From: Gemmatimonadales bacterium | GTDB taxonomy: Bacteria; Gemmatimonadota; Gemmatimonadetes; Gemmatimonadales; GWC2-71-9 | Length of the DNA stretch: 64,000 nucleotides | NCBI GenBank assembly: GCA_039794085.1 | Contig: JBDIWC010000012.1 | Span: 1 to 64,000 of the forward strand | Direction: 5' to 3' | Part shown: in pieces, positions 27,996 to 37,312 of the stretch | Numbering within the stretch: the stretch's first letter is position 1 | Layout of the letters: every line of letters starts with the position of its first letter | The notes under the pieces: model-generated | The model's database searches: none | The model's input: the letters and a program-made list of their open reading frames with translations, nothing else | Told to the model about the DNA's origin: nothing | Translations under genes and position numbers: made by a program

Positions 27996-28892
27996 GTGAC
28001 GTATCCCATCACTCCCGCCATCCTGAAGCAGGTCAAGTCCATCGCGATCCGGACCCGTGGCCTCGTCGATGCCCTCCTGGGCGGTGAGTACCGGAGCGTC
28101 TTCCGGGGGCAGGGGATGGAGTTCCTCGAGGTCCGGGCCTACGAAGCCGGCGACGACTACCGGGTGATCGACTGGAACGTCTCGGCCCGGCTGGGGGAAC
28201 CCCACGTCAAGACCTTCACCGAGGAGCGGGAACTCACGCTCTTCCTGGTGGTGGACCACTCCGGGAGCACCGATGTGGGCGCCCCCGTGACCAAGGTGGC
28301 CCGCGCCGTCGAGATCGCCGCCGTCCTCGCCCTGGCGGCGGTGCGCCAGCAGGACCGGGTGGGGGCCCTCCTCTTCACCGATCGCATCGAACATGTGGTG
28401 CCCCCGGCCAAGGGACGGCGCCACGCGCTGCGCGTCATCCGCGATCTGCTCGCCTTCTCCCCCGTGGGGCGCGGTACCGACCTCGCCGCGGGTCTCGACT
28501 ACGCCGCCCGCCTCCTGCACCATCGAAGCATCGTGGTGATCCTGTCGGATTTCGTGGCCGAGGGATGGGAACGTCCGCTCGCGCGGCTCGCGGCGAAGCA
28601 TGACGTGCTGGCGATCACCATCGACGACCCGCGGGAAGTGTCACCGGTGGCCTCGGGGTGGATCACCTTCTCCGACCCGGAGGGAGAGGCCGAAAGTCTG
28701 GTGGATCTGGGAGACGCGCGCGTGCGGGCGGCCTGGCGGACCGAGGCGGCCCGGATGGCGGAGACCCGGTCCCGGGCGTTCCGGGTGAGCGGAGTCGACC
28801 ATCTGGCGCTCGACACCACGGGAGACTACAGCACGGCGCTGCGGCGGGCCTTTGCCCGTCGCCCGCGGCGTCGGGGCCGGGTGGCGCGATGA
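27996..28892 (+). CDS. DUF58 domain protein (vWA-like)
   Basis: GEYRSVFRGQGMEFLEVRAYEAGDDYRVIDWNVSAR. Confidence 0.93.
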   Translation: MTYPITPAILKQVKSIAIRTRGLVDALLGGEYRSVFRGQGMEFLEVRAYEAGDDYRVIDWNVSARLGEPHVKTFTEERELTLFLVVDHSGSTDVGAPVTKVARAVEIAAVLALAAVRQQDRVGALLFTDRIEHVVPPAKGRRHALRVIRDLLAFSPVGRGTDLAAGLDYAARLLHHRSIVVILSDFVAEGWERPLARLAAKHDVLAITIDDPREVSPVASGWITFSDPEGEAESLVDLGDARVRAAWRTEAARMAETRSRAFRVSGVDHLALDTTGDYSTALRRAFARRPRRRGRVAR

Positions 28893-29653
28893 TCGCGGTC
28901 GGGTGCCTCCTGCTCCTCCAGACGGCGACCTCCCCCTTTACGGTGGGCGACACCGTGACGATCCTGCGGACGGTGACCCTCCCCGTGGGAGCGGTGCTCC
29001 GGTTTCCGCCCCCTCCCTCCGACCGGGATCATGCCCATCTCTCGGCCCCCGTTGTGGAGCCCGACCCCGACGGTCGCTCGGTGCGGATCCGGTATACGCT
29101 CACCTTCTGGCGGGCCGGGTCGCATCCGATCGAGATTCCCGGCCCCGTGGTGGTGCGGGCGACGGGGAGTGCGGACACGCTTCCCCCGTACCGGATCACC
29201 GTCCCGATTCAGTCCGTGCTTCCCCCGTCGGCCAACGATTCCACGCCGCCCCAGCCACCGGTGGCGGTGATCCCCCGCGGGACCCGTGTTCTCTGGCCCG
29301 CCCTGCTCCTTCCCCTCCTGGCCCTGGGAGTGATCCTTCCGGTGCATCGAGGGCGCCGTCGTCCGCCCCCGCCCCTCCCTCCTCCGGCACCGCCCCCGGG
29401 CCTGTCCGGACCGGAGGTGCTCCTCCCCGCGTGGGTTGCTCTCGGTGAGGTGCGTACCGCGGCGGCACACTGGCTCGCGTTGCTCCCCGCCGAGGGGACC
29501 GCCGGGGAGGAACTCGCGGAGCTGAGAGAGCGCCTGACCCGAGCCCGGTTCAGCGCCCCCGATCTTCCCGATGGCCGCCAGGCGTGTGTGGACGCCGCCG
29601 CCTGGTGGGCCACCTCCCGAGGGGCAAGCGGGGGAGAGGGGAGTACCCCATGA
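28889..29653 (+). CDS. Hypothetical membrane-anchored protein of the MoxR/Bat cluster
   Basis: Overlapping start/stop with both neighbours; signal-like N-terminus, one TM helix. Confidence 0.7.
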   Translation: MIAVGCLLLLQTATSPFTVGDTVTILRTVTLPVGAVLRFPPPPSDRDHAHLSAPVVEPDPDGRSVRIRYTLTFWRAGSHPIEIPGPVVVRATGSADTLPPYRITVPIQSVLPPSANDSTPPQPPVAVIPRGTRVLWPALLLPLLALGVILPVHRGRRRPPPPLPPPAPPPGLSGPEVLLPAWVALGEVRTAAAHWLALLPAEGTAGEELAELRERLTRARFSAPDLPDGRQACVDAAAWWATSRGASGGEGSTP

Positions 29654-30621
29654 GCCTGGCGCGCGGGTGGATGCTCCTCCTGCTCCTCCCTCTGGTCTGG
29701 TGGTGGTGGATCGGTCGTCGGCGCCGGGTCACGGTGCCCACCGGGGACTTTCGTGCCGCGGCCCATGCGGCGCGTCACCAGGGGTGGGCTCACCTCCCTC
29801 CGATCTTCCGCACCCTGGGGATCGCCATGCTGGTGATCGCGGCGGCTGGTCCCCTGCTCGGGGGAAGGGAACGGACTCTCCGGAAGGACGGGATTGCGAT
29901 CGTCATCGCCATCGACGTCTCCAGCAGCATGCTCGCCGAGGACTTTGCGCCGAGCAATCGGTTGGAGGTGGCGAAGCGACAAGCCATCAGCTTCATCCGG
30001 GGGCGCGACGCCGATCGGATCGGGCTGGTGGCCTTTGCCGGCGAGGCCCTGACCCAGGTTCCGGTGACGCTCGACTACCTGGTGCTGGAGCAGGCGGTGA
30101 CGAACCTGCGGGTGGGGGTGCTGGAGGATGGCACCGCCATCGGCAGCGGGCTGGCCACGGCGGTGAACCGGCTCCGGCGGGTGCCCGGACCCTCCCGGGT
30201 CGTCCTCCTGCTGACGGACGGCGAAAACAACCGGGGTGCGGTGGATCCCCGGACCGCCGCCGCCACGGCTGAGAGCTTCGGGGTGCGGATCTACACGGTG
30301 GGGGTGGGTACCGAGGGTGAGGCACGGATTCCCACGGGGCGGGGCCTGAGCGGATATCGCTACGAGGTGCTCCCGGTTCGCATCGATGAGGCGCTTCTGA
30401 CGGAGATCGCGGAGCAGACCGGCGGCCGGTACTTCCGCGCCAAGGACAGCGAGGCTCTGAGCCGGATTTTCCGGCAGATCGACGCCCTCGAACGGGCCCC
30501 CGTCGACGTGGTGCAGTATGCCTCGCGCGAAGAGACGACGCGGCCCTTTCTGCTGGCTGCTCTCGTGTTCCTGGGAGTGGAGCTCGTGGTGAGCGCGACC
30601 CGGGTGGTGAGGGTGCCGTGA
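29650..30621 (+). CDS. vWA domain protein, BatA-like
   Basis: MIDAS DVSSSM, DGTAIG and LLTDGENN motifs; N- and C-terminal TM helices. Confidence 0.92.
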   Translation: MSLARGWMLLLLLPLVWWWWIGRRRRVTVPTGDFRAAAHAARHQGWAHLPPIFRTLGIAMLVIAAAGPLLGGRERTLRKDGIAIVIAIDVSSSMLAEDFAPSNRLEVAKRQAISFIRGRDADRIGLVAFAGEALTQVPVTLDYLVLEQAVTNLRVGVLEDGTAIGSGLATAVNRLRRVPGPSRVVLLLTDGENNRGAVDPRTAAATAESFGVRIYTVGVGTEGEARIPTGRGLSGYRYEVLPVRIDEALLTEIAEQTGGRYFRAKDSEALSRIFRQIDALERAPVDVVQYASREETTRPFLLAALVFLGVELVVSATRVVRVP

Positions 30622-32264
30622 GGATGGATGCCCCCCTTCTCCTGGTGCTGGCCCCCGTGCTGGCGCTGGCTCTCGGGGCCCTGGCCTGGAGAGCCCGCCG
30701 CGCCCGGGTGCGCCTGGCCACCGCGTGGTCGGACGCGCTGGGCCAGAGAGCCCGCGGGATCAATCGGCATGGATTCCTGGTCTTCGGCGTGACGGGTGTG
30801 CTGCTCGGGGTTGGCCTCGCGGGCCCGCGGGGGGGCCGTCTCGACGTCGACGCCACCAGCCGGGCCCTGAACCTGGTGATCGGCGTCGACCTGAGCCGGT
30901 CGATGCTCGCCGAGGACGTGGCCCCGAACCGGCTGGGCCGGGCCGTTCGGGAGGCGCGCCGCCTGAGCCAGGATCTGGCGCAGGACCGGATCGGCCTTCT
31001 CGGGTTTGCGGGAAGCAGCTACATCCTGGCTCCGTTGACGCTCGACCATGCGGCGGTGGAACTTCACCTCACCGCCCTCGACCCCGACCTGGCGAGTGAG
31101 GGAGGGACCAATCTGGCCCGGGTTCTCCGGCAGGGCGCCGAAGTGCTGGACGGTGCGGGACAGGGAGGGGACCGGGCCCTCGTGCTGTTCACGGACGGTG
31201 AGACACACGACTCGCTGTCGGAGAGCATTGCCGCGGCGGCCGCGCTGCGCGAGGTCGGCGTGACCCTGGTGCTGGTCAGTGTGGGGGACACGATCCCGGC
31301 CCGGATCCCGCTTCGCGATCCCGGCGGCCGGCGCATCGGCGACCAGCAGACCGCGGAGGGAACCCCGGTGGAGACCCGACGCCGGGATGACCTGCTGCGT
31401 CCCGTGGCCGAGGCGGCGGGCGGAACGGTGGTGCCCGCCACGGTGCAGAACCAGAGTGACGTGGTGGTCGGAATCCTGCGGGATCTGGCCCGGGCACCGG
31501 CCCGGGAGCGCCGGGCGCAGGATCGGAGACCCCTGGCCTGGGTCACGGCGCTGCTGGCCGCTCTTCTCCTGGTGGGACACACGCTGTCCCGCCGGGGAGC
31601 CGCCCTCCTGTCACTCGCGGTGCTGGTTCTGCCGACGCCGCAAGCCGCCGAGGCCCAGCGGCCCTCCGGGGGCATCACCCCAGCCCGCCGGGGAGATCAT
31701 GCCAAGGCCGAATCGGCCTTCCGGGCCGAGGCGGCCCGGGCTACGGGGGCTGCTCGTGACACCGCACTCTTCAACGCGGGAACGGCCGCACTCGCCGCCG
31801 GCCGGTACGCCGAGGCCCACGGGGCCCTGGACAGCGCCGCGAGTACTCCCGATCCGGAGCTCCGATACCGGGCCTTGTACAACCATGGCGTGGCCTCGCT
31901 TCGTGCCGCGGCCCTGGACAGCGTCCATCGGGATTCTCTCCTGGGCCTCGCCGCCGAGCGGCTCAAGGAGGCCCTGCTCCTCCGTCCCGACGCCGACCGG
32001 GCCAAGTGGAATCTCGAACTGGCCATGCGCCGTCCCCCCCCGCCCCCTCCCTCGCCGCAGGGCGGTGGGGGAGGAGGGAACCCGCCGCCGCCACCACCGG
32101 GCAACGGTCAAGGCCCGGAACGGTCTCCGGAACCCCGCCCTGGTGCCATGACCCAGGCGGAAGCCGAGGCCATCCTCTCCTCCGTGGAGCGGGGCGAGGC
32201 GGCCACCAGGGCCGAACAGGCGCAGCGTCGCCGGGCCACGGCCCGGGTGGTCAAGGACTGGTGA
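30618..32264 (+). CDS. vWA + TPR protein (BatB/BatC-like fusion)
   Basis: DLSRSM, FTDGE, TPR-like ALFNAG/ALYNHG/AKWNLELA; ends in KDW. Confidence 0.88.
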   Translation: MRMDAPLLLVLAPVLALALGALAWRARRARVRLATAWSDALGQRARGINRHGFLVFGVTGVLLGVGLAGPRGGRLDVDATSRALNLVIGVDLSRSMLAEDVAPNRLGRAVREARRLSQDLAQDRIGLLGFAGSSYILAPLTLDHAAVELHLTALDPDLASEGGTNLARVLRQGAEVLDGAGQGGDRALVLFTDGETHDSLSESIAAAAALREVGVTLVLVSVGDTIPARIPLRDPGGRRIGDQQTAEGTPVETRRRDDLLRPVAEAAGGTVVPATVQNQSDVVVGILRDLARAPARERRAQDRRPLAWVTALLAALLLVGHTLSRRGAALLSLAVLVLPTPQAAEAQRPSGGITPARRGDHAKAESAFRAEAARATGAARDTALFNAGTAALAAGRYAEAHGALDSAASTPDPELRYRALYNHGVASLRAAALDSVHRDSLLGLAAERLKEALLLRPDADRAKWNLELAMRRPPPPPPSPQGGGGGGNPPPPPPGNGQGPERSPEPRPGAMTQAEAEAILSSVERGEAATRAEQAQRRRATARVVKDW

Positions 32265-34591
32265 GCCCTATCCTTCTCCTCTCCCTCGCCCTCCTGGGCG
32301 CGTCGGCGCCGAAGCAGGGACAGGGACTGCTGGTGTCGGCCGTCCTCGATCGGGATCGCCTTCCGGTCGGGGAGGAACTGACGGTCACCCTCCGGGTCAG
32401 CAGCACCTCGCCGGAACCGATCCGCTTCGTCGTTCCCGCGCTGGATGGATTTTCTCTGGTCTCGCGGGTGGAGTCGGCCGATGTCGTGCCCGGAAACCCG
32501 CCCCGGCGTTCGGCGGTGCTGGAGCTTCGCCTGCGGGCCACTCGCGGTGGAACCTGGCGCATCTGGCCCATTCGCATCGAACAGCAATTCCAGGTCGTCG
32601 TGGCCCCCCAGCTCGAGGTGCAGGTGGACGGCGGGGCGGCAAGCGATCCCGCTCCCGCCGATGCGGAGGTCGCCCGCCTGCTGCGGCGGGTGCCGCCGCC
32701 GACCGCGGGGGACGTGACCGTCGCCACCGTCCTGTCCCGGGACGAGGCGACCGTCGGTCAGCAGATCGACCTGGCCACGGTGGCCTGGTTTCCCCGGAGC
32801 CTCCTCGCCCGGCTGCGACGTCCGCCCACGCTGAAACCGCCCACCGTGGATGGGGTCTGGAATCTGCCGCAGTCCACCACCCCCGGGGTCGTGGCCAGCC
32901 GGCTGGTGGAAAACGAGTGGCATGACCTTTTTCTCACCCGGCAGGTGTTCTTTCCGCTGACGGCCGGCCCCGTGACCATTCCACCAGCCTCCCTGAGTTT
33001 TGCGGTCCCGGAGGGGCGGCAATTCTTTTCCCAGGAGCGGCGGTACGATCTGGAAAGCGACCCCCTCACGCTCTCTGTCCGTCCCGCGCCGGCGCCTCCC
33101 GCGGGGATCACCGGCGGACCCACGGCTGCGGGGCTGCGCCTCCGGTATCAGGTGCCGGACGACGGCATCGAAGCGGGGACGCTGTCGAGCGTCGCCGTGG
33201 TGGTGGAGGGGGAGGGGAATGTGGCCCTGTGGCCCGAACCGGATGTGGAATGGCCCTCGACGGTTCGGGCCTACCCGGACCGGGTCGAGGAGACCGTCCG
33301 GCCGGTGGGGGGTCGTTCGGGGGGAAGGAAGGTCTTTCATTTCACCATCCTGCCCGATTCGGCCGGTCCGGTCGTCCTGCCGGACGTGCGCTATCCCCAC
33401 TACGATGCGGAGCAGGACCGCTGGTCGGTGGCGGTGGCATCCTCCACCATCCTCCGGGTGGCTCCCGTGGCACGGCTCCCGAACGCCCGAACCGCGGTCC
33501 CGCTCCGATCGATCCCCACGACCCCGGTCATCGCCCGCTGGTGGACGGCCACGCCCGGGCCGGTCTGGGTGATCCTGGGGGTGATTCCCCTCGGGATCCT
33601 GATCCTGCAGCGGGGGCGGCGACGCTGGAAGGGCCGTGCCGGGGTCCCCGGGAGCAGGTACCACGGAATGAGCCTGGAACGATGGGTTCAGTCACTCCTG
33701 CCGCCCGGCATGAGCCGGGAACCGGCCCAGGTGCTCGCCGTGCTCCGGCGACGGGGCGTGCCTCCGGATCTGGCCCGCGAGGTGGCGGCCGCCTATGAGC
33801 GGTTGCGGACGGTGGAGTACGGCCCCCCGGAATCCGCGGACGACCCCGGCCCGCTGCGCGAGCGGGAGGACTCCCTCCGGGAACGGCTTCGCCGGGTGCT
33901 CGGCCCCGCCGCCGGACTGGTGCTGCTTCTCGCCGTGGCCCAGAGCCTGGCGGGCCAGATGGCCGCCGCCGATTCGCTCTACCGCACGGGGCGGGTGCGG
34001 GGAGCCCTGGAAGCCTATCAGGCAATAGCCCTCAGGATGCCCGGTGACCCCGGGATCTGGTACCGCGTGGGTCTGGCGGCCTTTGCCACCGGGGACGACG
34101 CCGTCAGCGCGGCGGCCCTCCTGCGAGCCCGGCGGCTCGCGCCCCGGTCCCCGGTGGTGAAGAGCGCGTGGGATCAGTTGGCGGACTCGACCGGGGGACG
34201 ATTGGGTGGAGTCCCGCCGGTCTGGCCGGTGCGGCCGGAGGAACTGTTCCTGGCCGCCCTGGTCCTCTGGACCGCGGGATGGGGGCTGGGGATGGCGCGT
34301 CCCCGGTCTCGCCGGGTCGGCGTCATTATCCTGCTGGCCGGCGTCGCGGCCGGCGGAACCGGGCTCTGGATGTCCTCGGCTCAGCGGGTGCCGGTCGGCT
34401 TTGCCCGGAAGGAAACACCGGCGCGCCAGGCCCCTCATGGCCTCGCGGCGGAAACGGGCGCCGTCCCCGCTCTGGCGCTGGTGCGCGTCGAGGCCAGGTC
34501 GGGTGGCTGGGTGCGGGTCCGTCTGCCGGGTGGCCGGCCGAGCTGGATCGCCGCCGCCGACCTGGCACTGGTCCGGACCGGGTCGCGCTAG
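32261..34591 (+). CDS. BatD-family protein with C-terminal TPR/SH3-like (BatE-like) region
   Basis: LDRDRLPVGEELTVTL and EGEGNV motifs; C-terminal GGWVRVRLPGGRPSWI. Confidence 0.8.
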   Translation: MSPILLLSLALLGASAPKQGQGLLVSAVLDRDRLPVGEELTVTLRVSSTSPEPIRFVVPALDGFSLVSRVESADVVPGNPPRRSAVLELRLRATRGGTWRIWPIRIEQQFQVVVAPQLEVQVDGGAASDPAPADAEVARLLRRVPPPTAGDVTVATVLSRDEATVGQQIDLATVAWFPRSLLARLRRPPTLKPPTVDGVWNLPQSTTPGVVASRLVENEWHDLFLTRQVFFPLTAGPVTIPPASLSFAVPEGRQFFSQERRYDLESDPLTLSVRPAPAPPAGITGGPTAAGLRLRYQVPDDGIEAGTLSSVAVVVEGEGNVALWPEPDVEWPSTVRAYPDRVEETVRPVGGRSGGRKVFHFTILPDSAGPVVLPDVRYPHYDAEQDRWSVAVASSTILRVAPVARLPNARTAVPLRSIPTTPVIARWWTATPGPVWVILGVIPLGILILQRGRRRWKGRAGVPGSRYHGMSLERWVQSLLPPGMSREPAQVLAVLRRRGVPPDLAREVAAAYERLRTVEYGPPESADDPGPLREREDSLRERLRRVLGPAAGLVLLLAVAQSLAGQMAAADSLYRTGRVRGALEAYQAIALRMPGDPGIWYRVGLAAFATGDDAVSAAALLRARRLAPRSPVVKSAWDQLADSTGGRLGGVPPVWPVRPEELFLAALVLWTAGWGLGMARPRSRRVGVIILLAGVAAGGTGLWMSSAQRVPVGFARKETPARQAPHGLAAETGAVPALALVRVEARSGGWVRVRLPGGRPSWIAAADLALVRTGSR

Positions 34592-34600
34592 ATTGTGTCC

Positions 34601-36373
34601 ATGACGTCCGGCAATCTCCCGCGCGTGCGGATCCTCCCCGATGTGGTGGCCGACCAGATCGCCGCGGGCGAGGTGGTGGAACGTCCCGCCTCCGCGGTGC
34701 GGGAGCTGGTCGAGAACGCGATCGATGCCCGGGCCCGGCACGTCCGCGTCACGGTGGAAGGGGGGGGGAAGACCTTGATCGAGGTGAGTGACGACGGGCA
34801 TGGCATGGAACGGGAGGATGCGGTTCTGGCCCTGGATCGTCACGCCACGAGCAAGATCGCGACGGCCGCCGATCTGGTGGGGGTGACCAGCTTCGGCTTC
34901 CGCGGCGAGGCGTTGCCCGCCATCGCTTCGGTGTCCCGCTTTGCCCTGGTCACCGCCACGGGCGGCGGACCGGGCACGGAGATCCGGGTCACCGGGGGAC
35001 GCATCGATCATGTGGGGGACGCGGCCCGGCAGCCGGGAACGACCGTCACGGTGCGGGGACTCTTCTTCAATACCCCCGCCCGGCGCAAGTTCCTGCGGTC
35101 CGTGTCCAGTGAATCCCGCATGACCTGGGACGCGATCGCCACACTGGCACTGGCTCATCCCGGCGTCGGCTTCACCCTCACCATGGATGGGCGGGAGCGC
35201 CTCCAGGTTCCCGCGGAGCAGAGTGCCGAGGACCGGCTTCGCGCGGTCTGGGGACGGGAGCTGGCGGACACCATGCTCCCCGTGGAATACGCCATTGGCG
35301 CCTTCCGGGTGCACGGGTACATCCAGCGACCCGCCGATGCGCAGCCCACCGGCCGCCGCACCCAACTCTTCGTGAACGGTCGCCCGTTCCGCGACACCTT
35401 CCTGGTGCGCGCGGCGGAGGCGGGGTATCGGTCCGCCATTGCCCCGGGCGATCGCCCGAGTCTGTTCCTCCACCTCGAGACCGACGGCAGTGAGGTGGAC
35501 GTCAATGTGCATCCCGCCAAGCTCGAGGTGCGCTTTCGCGAGCGTCTGGCGGTGGAACGGGTCCTGGAGGAAGGGGTGCGCATGGCTCTGGGCCAGTGGG
35601 CCAGTGCGGCTCCCCTGCGTTCTCCCGGCTCGGCCCCCGCGCGATGGACGGGGGGAGGCGCCCGGGGGGATCGCGGAGGTGTCCTGCCCGAGGGAGCGGT
35701 GGATCAGGCGCTGGGCCTGGTGACGGATCTCTTCGGAGAGCGGGGGGTGCTGGAGCGCCGGAATGCCGGTGACGGGGAGGAGGAGGCCCCTCCCTTGCGC
35801 AGTTTTGCCGCGCCCCTCTGGCAATTGTTCGACACCTACATCGTGTTCGAGGAGGGAGACGGGTTGGTGTTCGTTGACCAGCACGCCGCCCATGAGCGCG
35901 TGCTCTTCCAACGCATCATGGAACAGCTCGGCGGCCAGGACGCTCCGTCGCAACGACTGCTCCTTCCGGTCACGGTGTCCCTGACCGATGAGGAACTGGA
36001 GGTGGTGGAGTCGTCCCGGCGGCAGTTGGAACGGGTCGGTTTTCTGGTGGAGCCGTTCGGAGGACGGGAGGTCGTGCTCCAGGGGGTGCCGACGCCCCAT
36101 CCGCGCTTCGATGCGGTGGCCTGCTTTCGCGATCTCGTGGCGGACCTGGCCCGGGGCCGGTTCGGCGGCTGGGCCAACCACCTGGAGCGATTCGCCGCCA
36201 GCTATGCCTGCCGGGCCGCGGTGAAGGCGGGACAGCGCCTCGGCGAGACGGAGATGCGGGAACTCCTGCATGCCGTGTTCGTCACGCCGCTTCCGGCGCA
36301 TGACGTGCACGGGCGATCCACCATCGTGCAGTTGCCCCGGGACGAACTGGAGCGGCGATTTGGCCGACGCTAG
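34601..36373 (+). CDS. mutL: DNA mismatch repair endonuclease MutL
   Basis: QIAAGEVVERPAS, HATSKI, GFRGEAL, VDVNVHPAK and DQHAAHER motifs. Confidence 0.97.
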   Translation: MTSGNLPRVRILPDVVADQIAAGEVVERPASAVRELVENAIDARARHVRVTVEGGGKTLIEVSDDGHGMEREDAVLALDRHATSKIATAADLVGVTSFGFRGEALPAIASVSRFALVTATGGGPGTEIRVTGGRIDHVGDAARQPGTTVTVRGLFFNTPARRKFLRSVSSESRMTWDAIATLALAHPGVGFTLTMDGRERLQVPAEQSAEDRLRAVWGRELADTMLPVEYAIGAFRVHGYIQRPADAQPTGRRTQLFVNGRPFRDTFLVRAAEAGYRSAIAPGDRPSLFLHLETDGSEVDVNVHPAKLEVRFRERLAVERVLEEGVRMALGQWASAAPLRSPGSAPARWTGGGARGDRGGVLPEGAVDQALGLVTDLFGERGVLERRNAGDGEEEAPPLRSFAAPLWQLFDTYIVFEEGDGLVFVDQHAAHERVLFQRIMEQLGGQDAPSQRLLLPVTVSLTDEELEVVESSRRQLERVGFLVEPFGGREVVLQGVPTPHPRFDAVACFRDLVADLARGRFGGWANHLERFAASYACRAAVKAGQRLGETEMRELLHAVFVTPLPAHDVHGRSTIVQLPRDELERRFGRR

Positions 36374-37295
36374 GGTGCCGGTGCTGGTCGGGCCCACCGC
36401 CGTGGGGAAGACCGCGGTGGCCCTGGCCCTGTCGGCTCACTGGCCGCTCGAAGTGATCTCCGCCGACTCCCGCCAGATCTATCGCCGGCTGGACATTGGT
36501 ACCGCCAAGCCGACCCGCCGCGAGCGCGCGCGGGTTCCCCACCATCTCCTCGACATGACGGAGCCGGGACAGCGCTACAGTGCCGGGCGGTTCGCGACCG
36601 ATGCCGGCGCGGTCCTGTCCGGAATCCATGAGCGGGGGAATCGTCCGGTGGTGGTGGGGGGGACCGGTTTCTACATCCGGGCCCTGGCCGAGGGCCTCTT
36701 CCTCGAACCGGGGATGGATCCCGCCGCACGGCGATCGATCGAGGGGTACCTGAGTGGCCTCCCCGACGCCGAGCTGGTGCGGTGGGCGGCTCGCCTGGAT
36801 TCCGGATTTGCCGGAGGTGGCCGGCAGCGCGCCCTGCGGGCCATCGAGGTCGCGCTCCTGTCGGGGTGGCCTCTGTCGGTCTGGCAGCAGCGGGCCCGGC
36901 GGGCCGCGGCCATCGCACCCTGGTACGTCGTCCTGACGGTTCCTCGCCCCGTGCTGCATCGCCGGATTGCGGTGCGGGCGGCCGAGATGGTGCGGCGGGG
37001 AGTGATCGAGGAGGTGGCGGCGGTCCTGGCCGAGGGACACGGCGCCCAGGCGCCGGGTCTCGACGGCGTCGGGATTCGGGAGGCGGTCGACTATCTTCAC
37101 GGGCGGCTGGCCCGGGATGCGGTGGCGGAGGCGATCACGGTGAGCACCCGGCGCTACGCCAAGCGCCAGGAAACCTGGTTTCGTCACCAGCTCCGGGGGC
37201 CGGTGCTGATGTGTGACGCGACGCGGCCCCCGGAGGACATTGCGCGCACGATCGCGGCGGCCTGGGAGGCGAGGGACGCGATCAGGACGACTTGA
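36360..37295 (+). CDS. miaA: tRNA dimethylallyltransferase
   Basis: GPTAVGKT, SADSRQIY, DIGTAKP and RRYAKRQETWF motifs; TTG start. Confidence 0.96.
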   Translation: MADARVPVLVGPTAVGKTAVALALSAHWPLEVISADSRQIYRRLDIGTAKPTRRERARVPHHLLDMTEPGQRYSAGRFATDAGAVLSGIHERGNRPVVVGGTGFYIRALAEGLFLEPGMDPAARRSIEGYLSGLPDAELVRWAARLDSGFAGGGRQRALRAIEVALLSGWPLSVWQQRARRAAAIAPWYVVLTVPRPVLHRRIAVRAAEMVRRGVIEEVAAVLAEGHGAQAPGLDGVGIREAVDYLHGRLARDAVAEAITVSTRRYAKRQETWFRHQLRGPVLMCDATRPPEDIARTIAAAWEARDAIRTT

Positions 37296-37312
37296 GCAGA
37301 GACGAGACCACC

